From assembly GCA_963729715.1 (NCBI GenBank), contig CAVSPA010000005.1:480001-544000 (forward strand): DNA of 64,000 bases, written 5' to 3'. Numbering within the stretch: position 1 is the stretch's first letter; every line of letters starts with the position of its first letter. The notes under the pieces were generated by a model, which saw only the letters and a list, made by a program, of their open reading frames with translations, was not told the origin of the DNA and ran no database searches. This DNA comes from an uncultured delta proteobacterium (GTDB lineage: Bacteria; Desulfobacterota; Syntrophia; Syntrophales; UBA2185). The position numbers were made by a program, and so were the translations under genes. This document shows positions 1 to 10,362 of the stretch, piece after piece.

Positions 1-174
1 GTAGTTGTAATTCGTCGTCAAGGATCCATCTGTAAATATGAAATTGCCGGAGTTGACACCTATTGTCCTGTTGCCTACAGTTAATGAAGCGTCGCAGCCG
101 GCGGTCAGGATTATGGACAAGAGCAATAACCACATGCAATGAGCCTTAGCGGCCGCAACAATCCCCGTTTTCAT
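1..174 (-). CDS. Lipoprotein, possibly DUF3568 family (5' part only, runs off window start)
   Basis: Hand translation MKTGIVAAAKAHCMWLLLLSIILTAGCDASLTVGNRTIGV...; lipobox TAGC; GAGGAGG RBS upstream; open to base 1. Confidence 0.65.
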   Translation of the reverse strand, partial: MKTGIVAAAKAHCMWLLLLSIILTAGCDASLTVGNRTIGVNSGNFIFTDGSLTTNYNY

Positions 175-321
175 AGGTCGTTTTACCTCCTCGAGAGACT
201 TCCGTTTACATGCATGGGATATCGCCCTGCATAGGAAAATGTATTCTAAAAATATGGCTTTCAACACGTTCATATTAGGATAATGCGGAAGGACTGTCAA
301 CGTGATTTCGGGGGCCGAAGC

Positions 322-1161
322 CTAAAAATAATAGTACGCAGCCTGAAGGACGGCCCACAATAAGATTATGGCAGTTGACAGAATGCAAGCCGCAGCGACA
401 ACCCGATAGAAATAGGTTTCGCCTCTCTGTTCATTATACTTCATCAGGAAACCAAGCGTAATTCCCGAAATCAAACCTCCGCCATGTGCCCAGTTGTTGA
501 TGCCGGGTACGAGGAGGCCGAATATGACAAGCCCGACAACCCATCCCATGGCCTGCCTATAAATGACTTCCCCATAAAAGCCGCCTCTGCTTTTTCCGTA
601 ATAGAGAATAGCACCGATGAGGCCGCAGATGCAGGCTGAGGCGCCAATAGTGAAGGGAATGCCGGCCAGATAAGAAATGAAAAACCCGGCAACGCCTGCC
701 AGCAGATAGATTATAACAAAGCGATTGAACCCGAATTCGCGCAGTACGAATGGTCCGAGCTGTCCCAGGGCGGCCATGTTGAAGAAGATATGAAGGATGC
801 CGCCATGAAGGAACGAAGCCGCAATCAGTGTCCACCAGCGACCATATCCGGCTATAGGGATGGTTCCCGTTGCGCCGAGAATGAAGAGGCTCCTGTCTGA
901 GGGAGACAGGAAGGTCAGCGGGTTAGCGGACAGGCCCAGGGTAGACGGGCTTAAAATAATCGATAGGAGATATAAAGCGGCGTTGATATAAATAATGAGC
1001 TTAACGGCATTCATCGAAGCCGCTGAAAATCTGCCCAGCAAATGGGTCTTAAGCAGCGAACCGGGTTTCGACAGACCGCAGTATGGACAGGTGGGTTCAT
1101 CCGAACTGATCAGCTTTCGGCAATTCGGGCAAAGCATCGATTTTTTTTCTCTCATGGACAT
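322..1161 (-). CDS. Rhomboid-family intramembrane serine protease with N-terminal zinc ribbon
   Basis: CPNC..CPYC ribbon; FLHGGILHIFFNM; GAS catalytic motif; NWAHGGG. Confidence 0.9.
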   Translation of the reverse strand: MSMREKKSMLCPNCRKLISSDEPTCPYCGLSKPGSLLKTHLLGRFSAASMNAVKLIIYINAALYLLSIILSPSTLGLSANPLTFLSPSDRSLFILGATGTIPIAGYGRWWTLIAASFLHGGILHIFFNMAALGQLGPFVLREFGFNRFVIIYLLAGVAGFFISYLAGIPFTIGASACICGLIGAILYYGKSRGGFYGEVIYRQAMGWVVGLVIFGLLVPGINNWAHGGGLISGITLGFLMKYNEQRGETYFYRVVAAACILSTAIILLWAVLQAAYYYF

Positions 1162-1548
1162 ATAATAACCTTAAAGGACCTTATCAATATAGGAATTGCC
1201 GTATGGGCGCTGATAGGGGTTGTGAGATCGGAAGAGTTCTATAAGGCGTATTCATGCTTTACACTTTTTTTGAAGCGGGCCGCTAACCGCCGTGTGCCGC
1301 TATGTGTCGTCTTAGGCAGGGCAGGTAAACGATGTTTAGTTTTTTTGTTTTATATCATGTCAGTATCGAGGACGGCAAGCAGGATTTCCTGTTGCTCTGC
1401 CATTCTTTGCCGTACCCCTTTTGTCTTGACACACCATCCAGAGTCAGATATTTTTTAATTGACACTGCCGGAAACTCCTGTTTTTCAGGGGACAGATCAG
1501 GGTTGCTATGCCATTTACGAACTATGAGACAAAGGAAGCTGTGTCACT

Positions 1549-2232
1549 ATGGACATAGATATATGGGCGGAAGAATTATTGAAGGATGTTTGTGAAAAGT
1601 GGGAGACTCCTGAGTACAAATACCCATTCAAGAACTGTGGTTTTCGGGTCTTTTGCTCTCCCGTTCGTTTTAGTCCGGAGCTGATGATCATAGGGTACAA
1701 TCCCGATAAGGATGACAAGCCCTTTTCCAAAGAAGATGACTGTGAGATCCCGGAAGTTCACGAATATTTATATCACAATTCCGGGATAGCAAAGAAGATG
1801 AAATACCTCTTTGAGAGCATTGAGAAAGAAGACTGGCTCACGGATAGCGTCAAACTGAATCTGGTTTTCTTCAGCAGTGAAAACGAGGCTCAATGGGAAA
1901 CTATTGATCGGGAGCTCAGGGATGAACTCGAGACTTTCTGCTTCAAAAAGGTAAACGACATTATCGATACCTTGAAGCCCAGGTATATCATAACGGAAGG
2001 CCTCAAGGTTTTTAATATCCTGATAAATTCTGTGTTGATGGGATGCAGCAAACCGGAAATGAAAATTGGCGTGGGGGGAAGAAAAATATACGCCCGAAGC
2101 AGATATGACCATACGCAAATAATCGGTTTGGTTCATCTGATTAAAGATCGTATAAGCTATCCCGACTGGAACGATATGAAGAAATATCTGAAGATTGATT
2201 TGAAAGACTTGAACGAGACACATCTTCACTGA
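1549..2232 (+). CDS. Hypothetical protein, possible uracil-DNA glycosylase-like fold
   Basis: 227-aa ORF; LMIIGYNP resembles UDG motif A; LKPRYIITEG and GLVHL resemble the UDG core and motif B. Confidence 0.55.
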   Translation: MDIDIWAEELLKDVCEKWETPEYKYPFKNCGFRVFCSPVRFSPELMIIGYNPDKDDKPFSKEDDCEIPEVHEYLYHNSGIAKKMKYLFESIEKEDWLTDSVKLNLVFFSSENEAQWETIDRELRDELETFCFKKVNDIIDTLKPRYIITEGLKVFNILINSVLMGCSKPEMKIGVGGRKIYARSRYDHTQIIGLVHLIKDRISYPDWNDMKKYLKIDLKDLNETHLH

Positions 2233-2474
2233 ACGGTTAATCCATAATCTCCCCCATGGCGAAGGGTACTTTGCTACAGGCACTTAATAATAGAAAGTGC
2301 AAAGCTGAAGGATTTGATCTAATCGAGATATCTGTTTCTTTCATCTAAATTCCTCCATTCTCTTATAGAGAAATAAGTCTTTTGCATATGAAAAATCCGT
2401 ATTATTCTTATATACAGATAATCCATGGTTCATTTAAAATGAAATCTCATTCATGTATCTGTTCCGGGGGCATT

Positions 2475-3059
2475 ATGAAAACATTTGCGGTGGTCATTGC
2501 GTTGGCATTCGTGATTCTGTGTTTCCCCAATTATGGCACGGCACAGCAAAAGGAGAAAACCAAGATGAAAGAAGAGAGCATAACTATGGAGAAACCAAAG
2601 GCGTTGGACTGGATGCATTTTAAGAAGCCTGACGATGCAACCTTGAGGAAGATGTTGACTCCTCTTCAATACAAGGTAACGCAGAAGGAAGGGACCGAGC
2701 CGCCATTTCAAAACGAATATGACAGTAACAAGAGGGAAGGCATCTATGTGGATATCGTTTCCGGAGAGCCGCTGTTCAGTTCGAAGGACAAATTTGACTC
2801 GGGAACGGGCTGGCCAAGCTTCACAAGGCCTCTTGCTCCGGAGAATATTGTGCCCCGCGAAGACAGAGGGTTTTTTATGGTTCGCACGGAGGTGAGAAGC
2901 AAACACGGCGATTCTCATCTTGGGCATGTATTTCCTGATGGGCCGCAACCGACGGGGCTCAGGTATTGCATGAATTCCGCCGCCATGAGATTCATACCGA
3001 AGGAAGACCTGGAAAAAGACGGATACGGGGAGTACAAGAAACTCTTTCAGACAAAATAG
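2475..3059 (+). CDS. msrB: Peptide-methionine (R)-S-oxide reductase with signal peptide
   Basis: [26 protein letters not shown] 2475 begins a signal-peptide-like segment. Confidence 0.95.
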   Translation: MKTFAVVIALAFVILCFPNYGTAQQKEKTKMKEESITMEKPKALDWMHFKKPDDATLRKMLTPLQYKVTQKEGTEPPFQNEYDSNKREGIYVDIVSGEPLFSSKDKFDSGTGWPSFTRPLAPENIVPREDRGFFMVRTEVRSKHGDSHLGHVFPDGPQPTGLRYCMNSAAMRFIPKEDLEKDGYGEYKKLFQTK

Positions 3060-3119
3060 AATAATAAGCATACTCAAATTGCAACCGATCATTGGAGAAC
3101 GCAGCGAAGGAGAGATGCC

Positions 3120-3743
3120 GTGAAGATACAGATGATAATAGGTCTCCTGTCATTAAGCATAATGATGATGACAGCTTCCGTCCTGGCAAAAGACAGCGAT
3201 AAGAAGGCCCCGGCTCCCAGTCTCGAAAAGGCGGCCTTCGCCGGCGGCTGCTTCTGGTGCATGGAGACGGAGTTTGACAAACTGGAAGGCGTCAAAGCAG
3301 TCATTTCGGGTTACACAGGAGGGCATAAAAAAAATCCCACGTATGAAGAGGTGTCCTCAGGTGTGACGGGCCATGCCGAATCGATAGAGGTGACATACGA
3401 TCCGGCAGTAATCAATTACTCCAAACTGCTCGACGTCTTCTGGCACAATATAGACCCCACAGTCAAAGACAGGCAGTTTTGCGATGTCGGAGCACAATAC
3501 CGCACGGCGATCTGGTATTACAGTGAGGAACAGAGACGCCTTGCCGAGGATTCGAAAAAAGCCCTCGAGAAGTCACATCGGTTTAAAGGGCCTATCTATA
3601 CTGAAATAACGAAGGCTACGCAGTTTTATCCGGCAGAGGACTATCACCAGAAATATTACCAGAAGAACCCCCTGCGATATAAGTTCTACCGTTACAATTG
3701 CGGCCGTGACCAGCGTCTGAAAGAGCTTTGGGGAAATCCTTGA
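3120..3743 (+). CDS. msrA: Peptide-methionine (S)-S-oxide reductase with signal peptide
   Basis: AGGCFWC, GYTGG, FYPAEDYHQKY; GTG start with GAAGGAGA RBS. Confidence 0.95.
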   Translation: MKIQMIIGLLSLSIMMMTASVLAKDSDKKAPAPSLEKAAFAGGCFWCMETEFDKLEGVKAVISGYTGGHKKNPTYEEVSSGVTGHAESIEVTYDPAVINYSKLLDVFWHNIDPTVKDRQFCDVGAQYRTAIWYYSEEQRRLAEDSKKALEKSHRFKGPIYTEITKATQFYPAEDYHQKYYQKNPLRYKFYRYNCGRDQRLKELWGNP

Positions 3744-3878
3744 CGCGGGCCTCTTGCGAAAATCTAAACAAAAAAAGATTTTTGAAAAAAGCGGATGCGC
3801 CGTGTTATATTGTGACTGAGCGTTGACATCGAAGGACATCAGGGACGCCAATTAAGATTACACGAAAGCGGAACATTT

Positions 3879-4838
3879 ATGAACGCTTTTGAAGAAAAGA
3901 TCGCCCGGCATGGGCACAGGGGGCTCTTGAGCGAGGAGATTGAAGTCCTGCAAGTAAACGTGGGGCTAAAATGCAACCAGCAATGCCTCCACTGCCACCT
4001 GGAGGCCTCTCCGGCGCGAGTGGAGATGATGGAATGGCCCGTCATGGAACTTGTCCTGAAAGCGGCAGATAGTTCCCGCTGCCGGCTTGTTGACCTTACA
4101 GGCGGAGCCCCGGAGCTTAATTCTCATTTCCGGCCCTTTGTGAAGGCCCTCAGGGAGAGGAACCATAACGTACAGGTGCGAACCAACCTGACCGTGCTTC
4201 TTCAGAGCGGAATGGAAGATGTGCCTGATTTCTTCCGCGAGCACCGTGTTCAACTCGTGGCTTCCCTGCCGTGCTACACGGAAGAGAACGTATCCGTTCA
4301 GCGGGGAAGCGGAGTCTATGAGAGGAGTATCGAAGCCATCCGGCGGCTGAATGCCCTCGGCTACGGCACGGATTCTTCCTTAGTCCTCAACCTTGTGTAT
4401 AATCCGGGAGGACCATACCTGCCGCCGCCCCAGCTTGACCTTGAGGAAGACTACCGGCACGAACTGCGGGACCGTTTTGGAATCGCTTTCACCAATCTTT
4501 TAACCATAACGAACATGGCCCTCGGACGCTTCCGGAAAGAACTCGCCCGGCAGGAGCAGGGCGAAACTTATAGGCGGCTCCTGCGGAACTCATTCAATCA
4601 GGAAACACTGCCCGGGTTAATGTGCAGGCACCAGATCAGCGTCGGCTGGGACGGAACCCTTTATGACTGCGATTTTAATCTGGCCCTCGGCCTGCAGGTG
4701 AACCACGGCGCTCCTGACAATATCCATTCCTTTGACCCTTCTTGCCTGTGGAAGCGCAGGATCGTGACAGGAGAACACTGCTTTGCGTGCACGGCAGGTG
4801 CCGGCTCGTCCTGCGGCGGGTCAATCATATTCAGTTAA
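3879..4838 (+). CDS. arsS: ArsS-like radical SAM / Cys-rich domain protein (arsenosugar-biosynthesis family)
   Basis: CNQQCLHC, DLTGGAPE, LMCR, YDCDFN, C-terminal HCFACTAGAGSSCGG. Confidence 0.85.
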   Translation: MNAFEEKIARHGHRGLLSEEIEVLQVNVGLKCNQQCLHCHLEASPARVEMMEWPVMELVLKAADSSRCRLVDLTGGAPELNSHFRPFVKALRERNHNVQVRTNLTVLLQSGMEDVPDFFREHRVQLVASLPCYTEENVSVQRGSGVYERSIEAIRRLNALGYGTDSSLVLNLVYNPGGPYLPPPQLDLEEDYRHELRDRFGIAFTNLLTITNMALGRFRKELARQEQGETYRRLLRNSFNQETLPGLMCRHQISVGWDGTLYDCDFNLALGLQVNHGAPDNIHSFDPSCLWKRRIVTGEHCFACTAGAGSSCGGSIIFS

Positions 4839-4873
4839 GACATACATAAGACTTTTTTGAGAAAGACGATCTC

Positions 4874-5572
4874 ATGGGCAACGGTACCGCGCAATCAACG
4901 ACATCGAGGAAAGTTGCTGCAATAAAGGCCGTTGCGCTCCTCGTATTTATAGCTGCGGCTATCTATGTAGTCCGTTTCACGCATGTCAAAGACCTGCTCA
5001 CAGGGGATGTCCTGGGCCATTTTCTTGAGACTGCGGGTTTTGGGGCTCCCGTAGTATTCATGCTGATATATACTGCCGGTGTCTGCTTTTTCGTTCCTGG
5101 GACACTGCTCACCGTTCTGGGAGCGGCCATTTTCGGGCCTTACTGGGGATTCCTCTATGTCTGGATGGGAGCCATGGCCGGAGCGACTGTCGCCTTCTGG
5201 ATAGGACGAACACTGGGACGGGACTTTGCCGCTTCCCTGATCGGCGAGCGTCTGAAAAAATATGACGCTGCCATTGAGCGTAATGGTTTTGCCACGGTCC
5301 TTTATCTGCGCCTGGTATACTTCCCCTTTACTCCGATGAATTTCGGGATGGGTTTGACGAAGGTCCGCTTCCGCGACTACTTCTTTGCGACCGGTCTCGG
5401 TATCATCGTCGGGACGTTCATATTTACATTTTTCGTCGGCACCATAAAAGATGTGTGGGCGAGCGGAGACTGGAGCCGGCTCTTGTCCTTCCAGGTATTT
5501 TTCTCCATCGGGCTCTTCGTTTTTTCATTCTTTATACCGAAGATCATAAAAAAGATCCGGAAGGAAAAGTGA
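4874..5572 (+). CDS. TVP38/TMEM64 (DedA/SNARE-associated) membrane protein
   Basis: VPG..GAAIFGPYWG, LRLVYFPF..MNFGMGLT; several TM segments. Confidence 0.85.
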   Translation: MGNGTAQSTTSRKVAAIKAVALLVFIAAAIYVVRFTHVKDLLTGDVLGHFLETAGFGAPVVFMLIYTAGVCFFVPGTLLTVLGAAIFGPYWGFLYVWMGAMAGATVAFWIGRTLGRDFAASLIGERLKKYDAAIERNGFATVLYLRLVYFPFTPMNFGMGLTKVRFRDYFFATGLGIIVGTFIFTFFVGTIKDVWASGDWSRLLSFQVFFSIGLFVFSFFIPKIIKKIRKEK

Positions 5573-5608
5573 GTCTCAAGGCACATTGTTTCTGAAGGAG
5601 AGGAGGAC

Positions 5609-7072
5609 ATGGAAGGTTTTGATTACGACCTCGGAATCATAGGCGGGGGTGCAGCGGGACTGACGGCCGCGGCCGGGGGCGCACAGTTCGGAGCCAAGAC
5701 GATACTGATTGAGAAATCAGACAGGCTCGGCGGTGATTGCTTGCATTACGGTTGCGTCCCTTCGAAAACACTGATCAGAACAGCCAGCGTGTGGTCCCTC
5801 GCGAAGAGGTCATCTGAATTCGGGTTGCCGGCGCTCTCCCTGCCTCATGTAGATCTTGTGCCTGTCATGAACCGTGTGAGAGAGGTCATAGCCAAAATCC
5901 AGCATCATGACTCCGTGGAGAGATTCTGCGGCCTGGGGGCGGAGGTCCGGTTTGGCCGGCCCGTCTTTGCGGACGATCATGTGGTTGCCCTGGACGGGAA
6001 GCGGATCGCGGCGAAGACCTGGATCATCGCGACAGGCTCAGGCCCCGTCGTTCCTCCCATAGAAGGCCTCGCTGGTGTCCCTTACTGGACTAACGAAACT
6101 GTTTTTTCACAGGAAACACTCCCTTCCCGTCTGATTGTTCTGGGGGGCGGACCCATCGGATTGGAAATAGCCCAGGCCTTCGGACGTTTGGGATCACAGG
6201 TGATCATCGTCGAATTTCTGGACCAGATCCTGGGGCCTGAGGATGCGGATATGGCCGCGGTTCTGAGGGCGCGTTTGGAAGGAGAAGGATTGGAGATCCA
6301 CACAGGGACAAAGGCAGTTCGGGCGGAATCCCGCGGTTCCAAGATTCTCTTGACTACCGCACCCGCAAGCAGTGCAGGGGAAGAGAAAGTCATTGAAGGA
6401 GACGCAATCGTCGTGGCGACGGGCCGGGCGGCTAATGTGGGCGGTTTGGGCCTGGAGGCGGCCGGTGTCGCGTTCACCGCGAGAGGTATCCCCACGGACG
6501 CACGGATAAGGACCAATGTGCACCACATATATGCCTGCGGCGATGTAAATGGCCAGTTGCCCTTCACGCATGTTGCGGGATATGAGGCCGGCATTGCGCT
6601 GACCAATTCAGTTCTCCACCTCCCCCGTAAGGCAGATTATGGTCGGATTGGATGGTGCACCTATACAGACCCGGAAGTGGCCAGTGTCGGGCTCAACGAG
6701 AAACGCGCACGGAAGGAGGGAGTTGACTATCAGATCTTCGAGGAACTTTTCGTGGATAATGACCGCGCCCTCGCTGAGGGGGAGACTCTGGGCAAGATCA
6801 AGATTCTTCTCAATCCTAAGGGAAAGCTGCTGGGCTGTCAGATCATCGGCAGCCACGCCGGGGAACTCATCCACGAATGGGTCGTTGCCATGGCGGGTAA
6901 TGTCAAGCTCTCCACAATCGCCGGCGCCGTTCATATTTATCCGACCTTGTCGGAGATATCCAAGCGCGCTGCCGCTCAGTTCTTTTCCGGCAAAATTTTC
7001 AGCGATACAACGAAGAAAATTCTGCGCTTTCTCTTCAGTCTCAAAGGAAGGGCATGCACACCGCAGTCCTGA
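5609..7072 (+). CDS. Pyridine nucleotide-disulfide oxidoreductase (LpdA/MerA-like class I)
   Basis: GGGAAG, GGDCLHYGCVPSK, GGGPIG, HIYPTLSE. Confidence 0.9.
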   Translation: MEGFDYDLGIIGGGAAGLTAAAGGAQFGAKTILIEKSDRLGGDCLHYGCVPSKTLIRTASVWSLAKRSSEFGLPALSLPHVDLVPVMNRVREVIAKIQHHDSVERFCGLGAEVRFGRPVFADDHVVALDGKRIAAKTWIIATGSGPVVPPIEGLAGVPYWTNETVFSQETLPSRLIVLGGGPIGLEIAQAFGRLGSQVIIVEFLDQILGPEDADMAAVLRARLEGEGLEIHTGTKAVRAESRGSKILLTTAPASSAGEEKVIEGDAIVVATGRAANVGGLGLEAAGVAFTARGIPTDARIRTNVHHIYACGDVNGQLPFTHVAGYEAGIALTNSVLHLPRKADYGRIGWCTYTDPEVASVGLNEKRARKEGVDYQIFEELFVDNDRALAEGETLGKIKILLNPKGKLLGCQIIGSHAGELIHEWVVAMAGNVKLSTIAGAVHIYPTLSEISKRAAAQFFSGKIFSDTTKKILRFLFSLKGRACTPQS

Positions 7073-7074
7073 AC

Positions 7075-7100
7075 TGCCGTCTGCAGTATAACGGACGGCA
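7075..7100 (+). terminator. Stem-loop after the oxidoreductase gene (possible terminator)
   Basis: TGCCGTCTG-N8-CGGACGGCA; no clear U-tract. Confidence 0.3.
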
Positions 7101-7273
7101 ATCTATTGCCAGCCTCAATAACCCTAATCGGCCAATGCAATTCTCCATGCCGATAAAACGTTGACCATAAAGCCTAAGAGTGTTACACATCGCCCGGGGA
7201 AAAGGACGGCGCAAAACCTTTCCACTTCAGTAATTCCCGACGAAATGAGCTGATGATCCGGGCACAAAATACG

Positions 7274-7888
7274 ATGCATAAATTATTTCTGTTTGATTTT
7301 GACGGTGTCCTCGTCGATTCCCTCGCAGTGTATGAACGCAGGGTAAGGCTTTGCCTGGAAAAAATGGGCAATCCCGCCGTACAGAGCCGGGACGATTTCT
7401 TAGCCTTGTTCGACGATAATTTTTATGAGGGCATAATAAAAAAGGGCATAGACCTTGCGGCATTTATGAATGCGTCGCGATCCATGCCCACTGAGTACGA
7501 CTGTGATCAGATGGCGCCTTTTGCGCCGCTCTTGCCAATCCTCATGGAACTGAAAAAGGAAAATATTCTTACCGTTATCTCTTCAAATGTCTCGAGGGTG
7601 ATTAATAACATACTCTCCAGGCACGGGTTTGACGGCTGTTTCAGGGATGTTCTGGGAGCCGACTTCAGTTACAGCAAGATAGAAAAAATCCACCACGCCG
7701 TGGATTCTTTTCAGGTAGGAAAGGATAGAACATACTACATCGGCGATACTACGGGAGACATAAAAGAGGCGCGGCTGGCAGGGGTAAAAACCATCGCCGT
7801 GACCTGGGGCTGGCACTCCAAAGAAAAGCTCGAGACGGTCAGGCCTGATTATCTCATTGAAACTGTCGATGACTTGCTTATGATTTGA
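7274..7888 (+). CDS. HAD-superfamily hydrolase (phosphoglycolate phosphatase-like)
   Basis: FDFDGVLVDS, YIGDTTGD, VTWGW. Confidence 0.9.
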   Translation: MHKLFLFDFDGVLVDSLAVYERRVRLCLEKMGNPAVQSRDDFLALFDDNFYEGIIKKGIDLAAFMNASRSMPTEYDCDQMAPFAPLLPILMELKKENILTVISSNVSRVINNILSRHGFDGCFRDVLGADFSYSKIEKIHHAVDSFQVGKDRTYYIGDTTGDIKEARLAGVKTIAVTWGWHSKEKLETVRPDYLIETVDDLLMI

Positions 7889-7964
7889 TTTCAGATAGAG
7901 CCCAGAAGAATTTTCCTTTTGTCATGGCGAACGCAGTGGTGCAACGACAGAAAAAATAATAGTC

Positions 7965-8456
7965 TTACAGGTCATAAAGGGTTCCATCAATCCTGGGTTT
8001 TGGTTTGCTGATTCCCTTCTTCCGTTTCTCTCCGAAGATTAGAGGCTCCTCGCCTTCCAGTAGATCCCCCATCTCGGCTTCTATTTTTTCCGGGTCTTCC
8101 CCCCTTTCCATGCGGCTCAGGGCCTCTTCCATCCCCGGTCCGAGATTCATTCCGGTGGCATCGGAAAGTTTCCTCATCAGCATGGCTGCCTGGCGGGGAT
8201 CGTCCTCATTAAGCTTGTCCGCTTCTCCGGCCAGCATCGCCATTGCCTTTTCTATCTTCGCTTCATCCATGGGAGGCATTCCGTCATCGGCTGCTTCATC
8301 TTGTCTTCCGGATACTCTGGCAAAAATCGACATCTGACGCTTTAATTTAACTCTCTTACACTTCGGGCACATGGGGGCCTTTTCGGTGTTTATGGTTTTT
8401 GAGTAAAAGCTGTAGATCGTATTACACCTGCGGCAGTAAAACTCGTAGATCGGCAT
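7965..8456 (-). CDS. FmdB-family zinc-ribbon protein
   Basis: MPIYEFYCRRC...CPKC followed by an acidic helical domain. Confidence 0.85.
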   Translation of the reverse strand: MPIYEFYCRRCNTIYSFYSKTINTEKAPMCPKCKRVKLKRQMSIFARVSGRQDEAADDGMPPMDEAKIEKAMAMLAGEADKLNEDDPRQAAMLMRKLSDATGMNLGPGMEEALSRMERGEDPEKIEAEMGDLLEGEEPLIFGEKRKKGISKPKPRIDGTLYDL

Positions 8457-8529
8457 TACATCCTACCTCTTCAATAATCTCTCTTTCATAGTTTAATAAT
8501 CTCACCATTAAAATCAAGGGAGTTTTTTG

Positions 8530-9798
8530 TCACAGTTTGTTTAAGTTCTTCATTCCCAGCAGGCGGGCAATCCGTTCCGTCAGCGGGGGGTGTGAATAGT
8601 AGAACCAGGCATAAAACGGGTGAGGATGGAGATTGGCGAGATTGTCTTTCGCGAGGCGTTTCAGCGCGTTTATCATGGGCATGGTGGTGCCCACGAGATC
8701 GTAACAGAAGTCATCCGCTTCCCGTTCGAATCTTCTTGTAAGCATGGCGCCTACCGGCCTCAGAAAGAAAGCGACAGGCCCAAAAAGGGCGGCAATTAAT
8801 AGGAGGCCTACATAGGGAATCTTCTCAGCGAAGCCGAATGTTTGATGTAGGAGGGGCCAGTCTATGAGGCGATAGGCCAGATAGAGTAAGACGAGAGAAA
8901 CTGTTTCCATGAGAATCAGTTGCTTGATGATGTGCCTCTTCTTCCAGTGCCCTGCCTCATGGGCCAGGACAGACAGTATCTCTTCAGACGCATGGGATTT
9001 GAGCAGGGTATCGTAAAGGACGATGCGCTTCGTCTTGCCGAGACCCGTAAAGTAAGCGTTAGTGTGCTTACTCCTTTTCCCTGCGTCGACCTGGAAAACC
9101 CCGCCGGCTTTTAGTCCCACCTTCGCCATGAGGGCGATGATGGCTTCTTTCAGAGCCTCGTTTTCAATGGGTTCGAATTGGTTGAAAAGGGGTGCTATCA
9201 GAACAGGATAGAGCCAGACAACAAGCATCTGGAAAGCGGAAAAGAAGAGCCATGCCCAGAGCCACCAGGTATGTTCGGCATAATAGACAAGAGCGAGCAT
9301 AGCGCCTAAGAGGACCCCCGAGAGAATTGCGGATATCAGAAGGCCTTTGATGAGATCTGTAATCCACAATCTCATGGTGATCGTACTGAATCCGTATCTC
9401 TTCTCAATCACAAATGTACTGTAGAGGCTGAATGGGATATCAAGAATGCCGCTTAAGAAGGCGAGGGTACCAAAAAAAATCAGGCCCGACAGGATGAAAT
9501 GGATATTCCAGGAAAGCACCACTCCGGCCAGCAGCGGCAGGAATCCGCTTAGCAGGACCAGGAGCGTAACTGCATCGTCGAAGAAATGCGCTGCAGCACC
9601 AAACCGCGAAGACTCCGCCGTGTATGCGGTCATGCGCGCGAGTGTAGCCTCGTCAATCTCTCCCTGGAATAGCTCAGGCACATCGTGGGCGTGCCGACGC
9701 AGATGATCGATATTCATATACGCGAGGAGTAGGCGGAATACGGAGCTTGCGGCAAAAGCCGCCAGGAAGGCGATTAAGAGTACATTCCACTGCACCAT
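8530..9798 (-). CDS. M48 (Ste24-like) membrane metallopeptidase
   Basis: NAYFTG, HEAGH, EREAD, YSHPPL.ERI. Confidence 0.92.
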   Translation of the reverse strand: MVQWNVLLIAFLAAFAASSVFRLLLAYMNIDHLRRHAHDVPELFQGEIDEATLARMTAYTAESSRFGAAAHFFDDAVTLLVLLSGFLPLLAGVVLSWNIHFILSGLIFFGTLAFLSGILDIPFSLYSTFVIEKRYGFSTITMRLWITDLIKGLLISAILSGVLLGAMLALVYYAEHTWWLWAWLFFSAFQMLVVWLYPVLIAPLFNQFEPIENEALKEAIIALMAKVGLKAGGVFQVDAGKRSKHTNAYFTGLGKTKRIVLYDTLLKSHASEEILSVLAHEAGHWKKRHIIKQLILMETVSLVLLYLAYRLIDWPLLHQTFGFAEKIPYVGLLLIAALFGPVAFFLRPVGAMLTRRFEREADDFCYDLVGTTMPMINALKRLAKDNLANLHPHPFYAWFYYSHPPLTERIARLLGMKNLNKL

Positions 9799-9822
9799 AA
9801 ATTACAACTTATATTCATCCTC

Positions 9823-10362
9823 TTAAGCAGGTTTTGCATCCCATTCGAAACGGGACAGTTTTTCCAGTTTCTTTTCAATTTCCCCGATAACTTCCTCAAC
9901 TGTATTGACTGCCATGAAGTCATGATCTTCGGGAATCGTAAATGGTGCAGCGTGAAGACTTATCACTGGGGTCCCATTGCGGACGGCAATAGCTATTTCA
10001 GAGAGGGTGCCTGCGCCTCCGCTCAGGGCGATAAGGACGTGCGGCGTCTTGGCATTGATGACATTTCTTGCATCATACATTCCTGTGTAGATCGGGATAT
10101 CAACAAACTCGTTCGGGTATCTTTTTAGGGGATGCTGTTTGTCATTGGGGAGAATACCGATAACAAGCCCCCCCGCCTTATGCGCCCCTTCACAGGCAGC
10201 CCGCATGACACCCGGCCCGCCGCCTGTCAGCAAAACGTAACCGCGCCGGGCAATGGCTTCTCCCAGGCGCCGGGCGTCTTCCATAACCGCCGGCGATTCA
10301 TCGCGGTGACTTCCCATAACTCCGATGATGTAAGGCTTTCTTGCAACTGAAATTGTTGGCAT
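9823..10362 (-). CDS. LOG/TIGR00725-family Rossmann-fold protein
   Basis: TGGGPGVM, ARNVIN, GGAGTLSE; ATG 10362 preferred as start. Confidence 0.85.
   Translation of the reverse strand: MPTISVARKPYIIGVMGSHRDESPAVMEDARRLGEAIARRGYVLLTGGGPGVMRAACEGAHKAGGLVIGILPNDKQHPLKRYPNEFVDIPIYTGMYDARNVINAKTPHVLIALSGGAGTLSEIAIAVRNGTPVISLHAAPFTIPEDHDFMAVNTVEEVIGEIEKKLEKLSRFEWDAKPA

Noticed and set aside
1315..1425. GGTAAAC...GGACGGCAAGC loosely resembles a c-di-GMP-I riboswitch
   Set aside because: No GAAA tetraloop/receptor and no proper P3 stem; only a generic hairpin
5609..7072. Calling this MerA (mercuric reductase) because of the nearby hgcAB
   Set aside because: Lacks the C-terminal Cys-Cys pair and NmerA domain; has an LpdA-type HxxPTxxE motif
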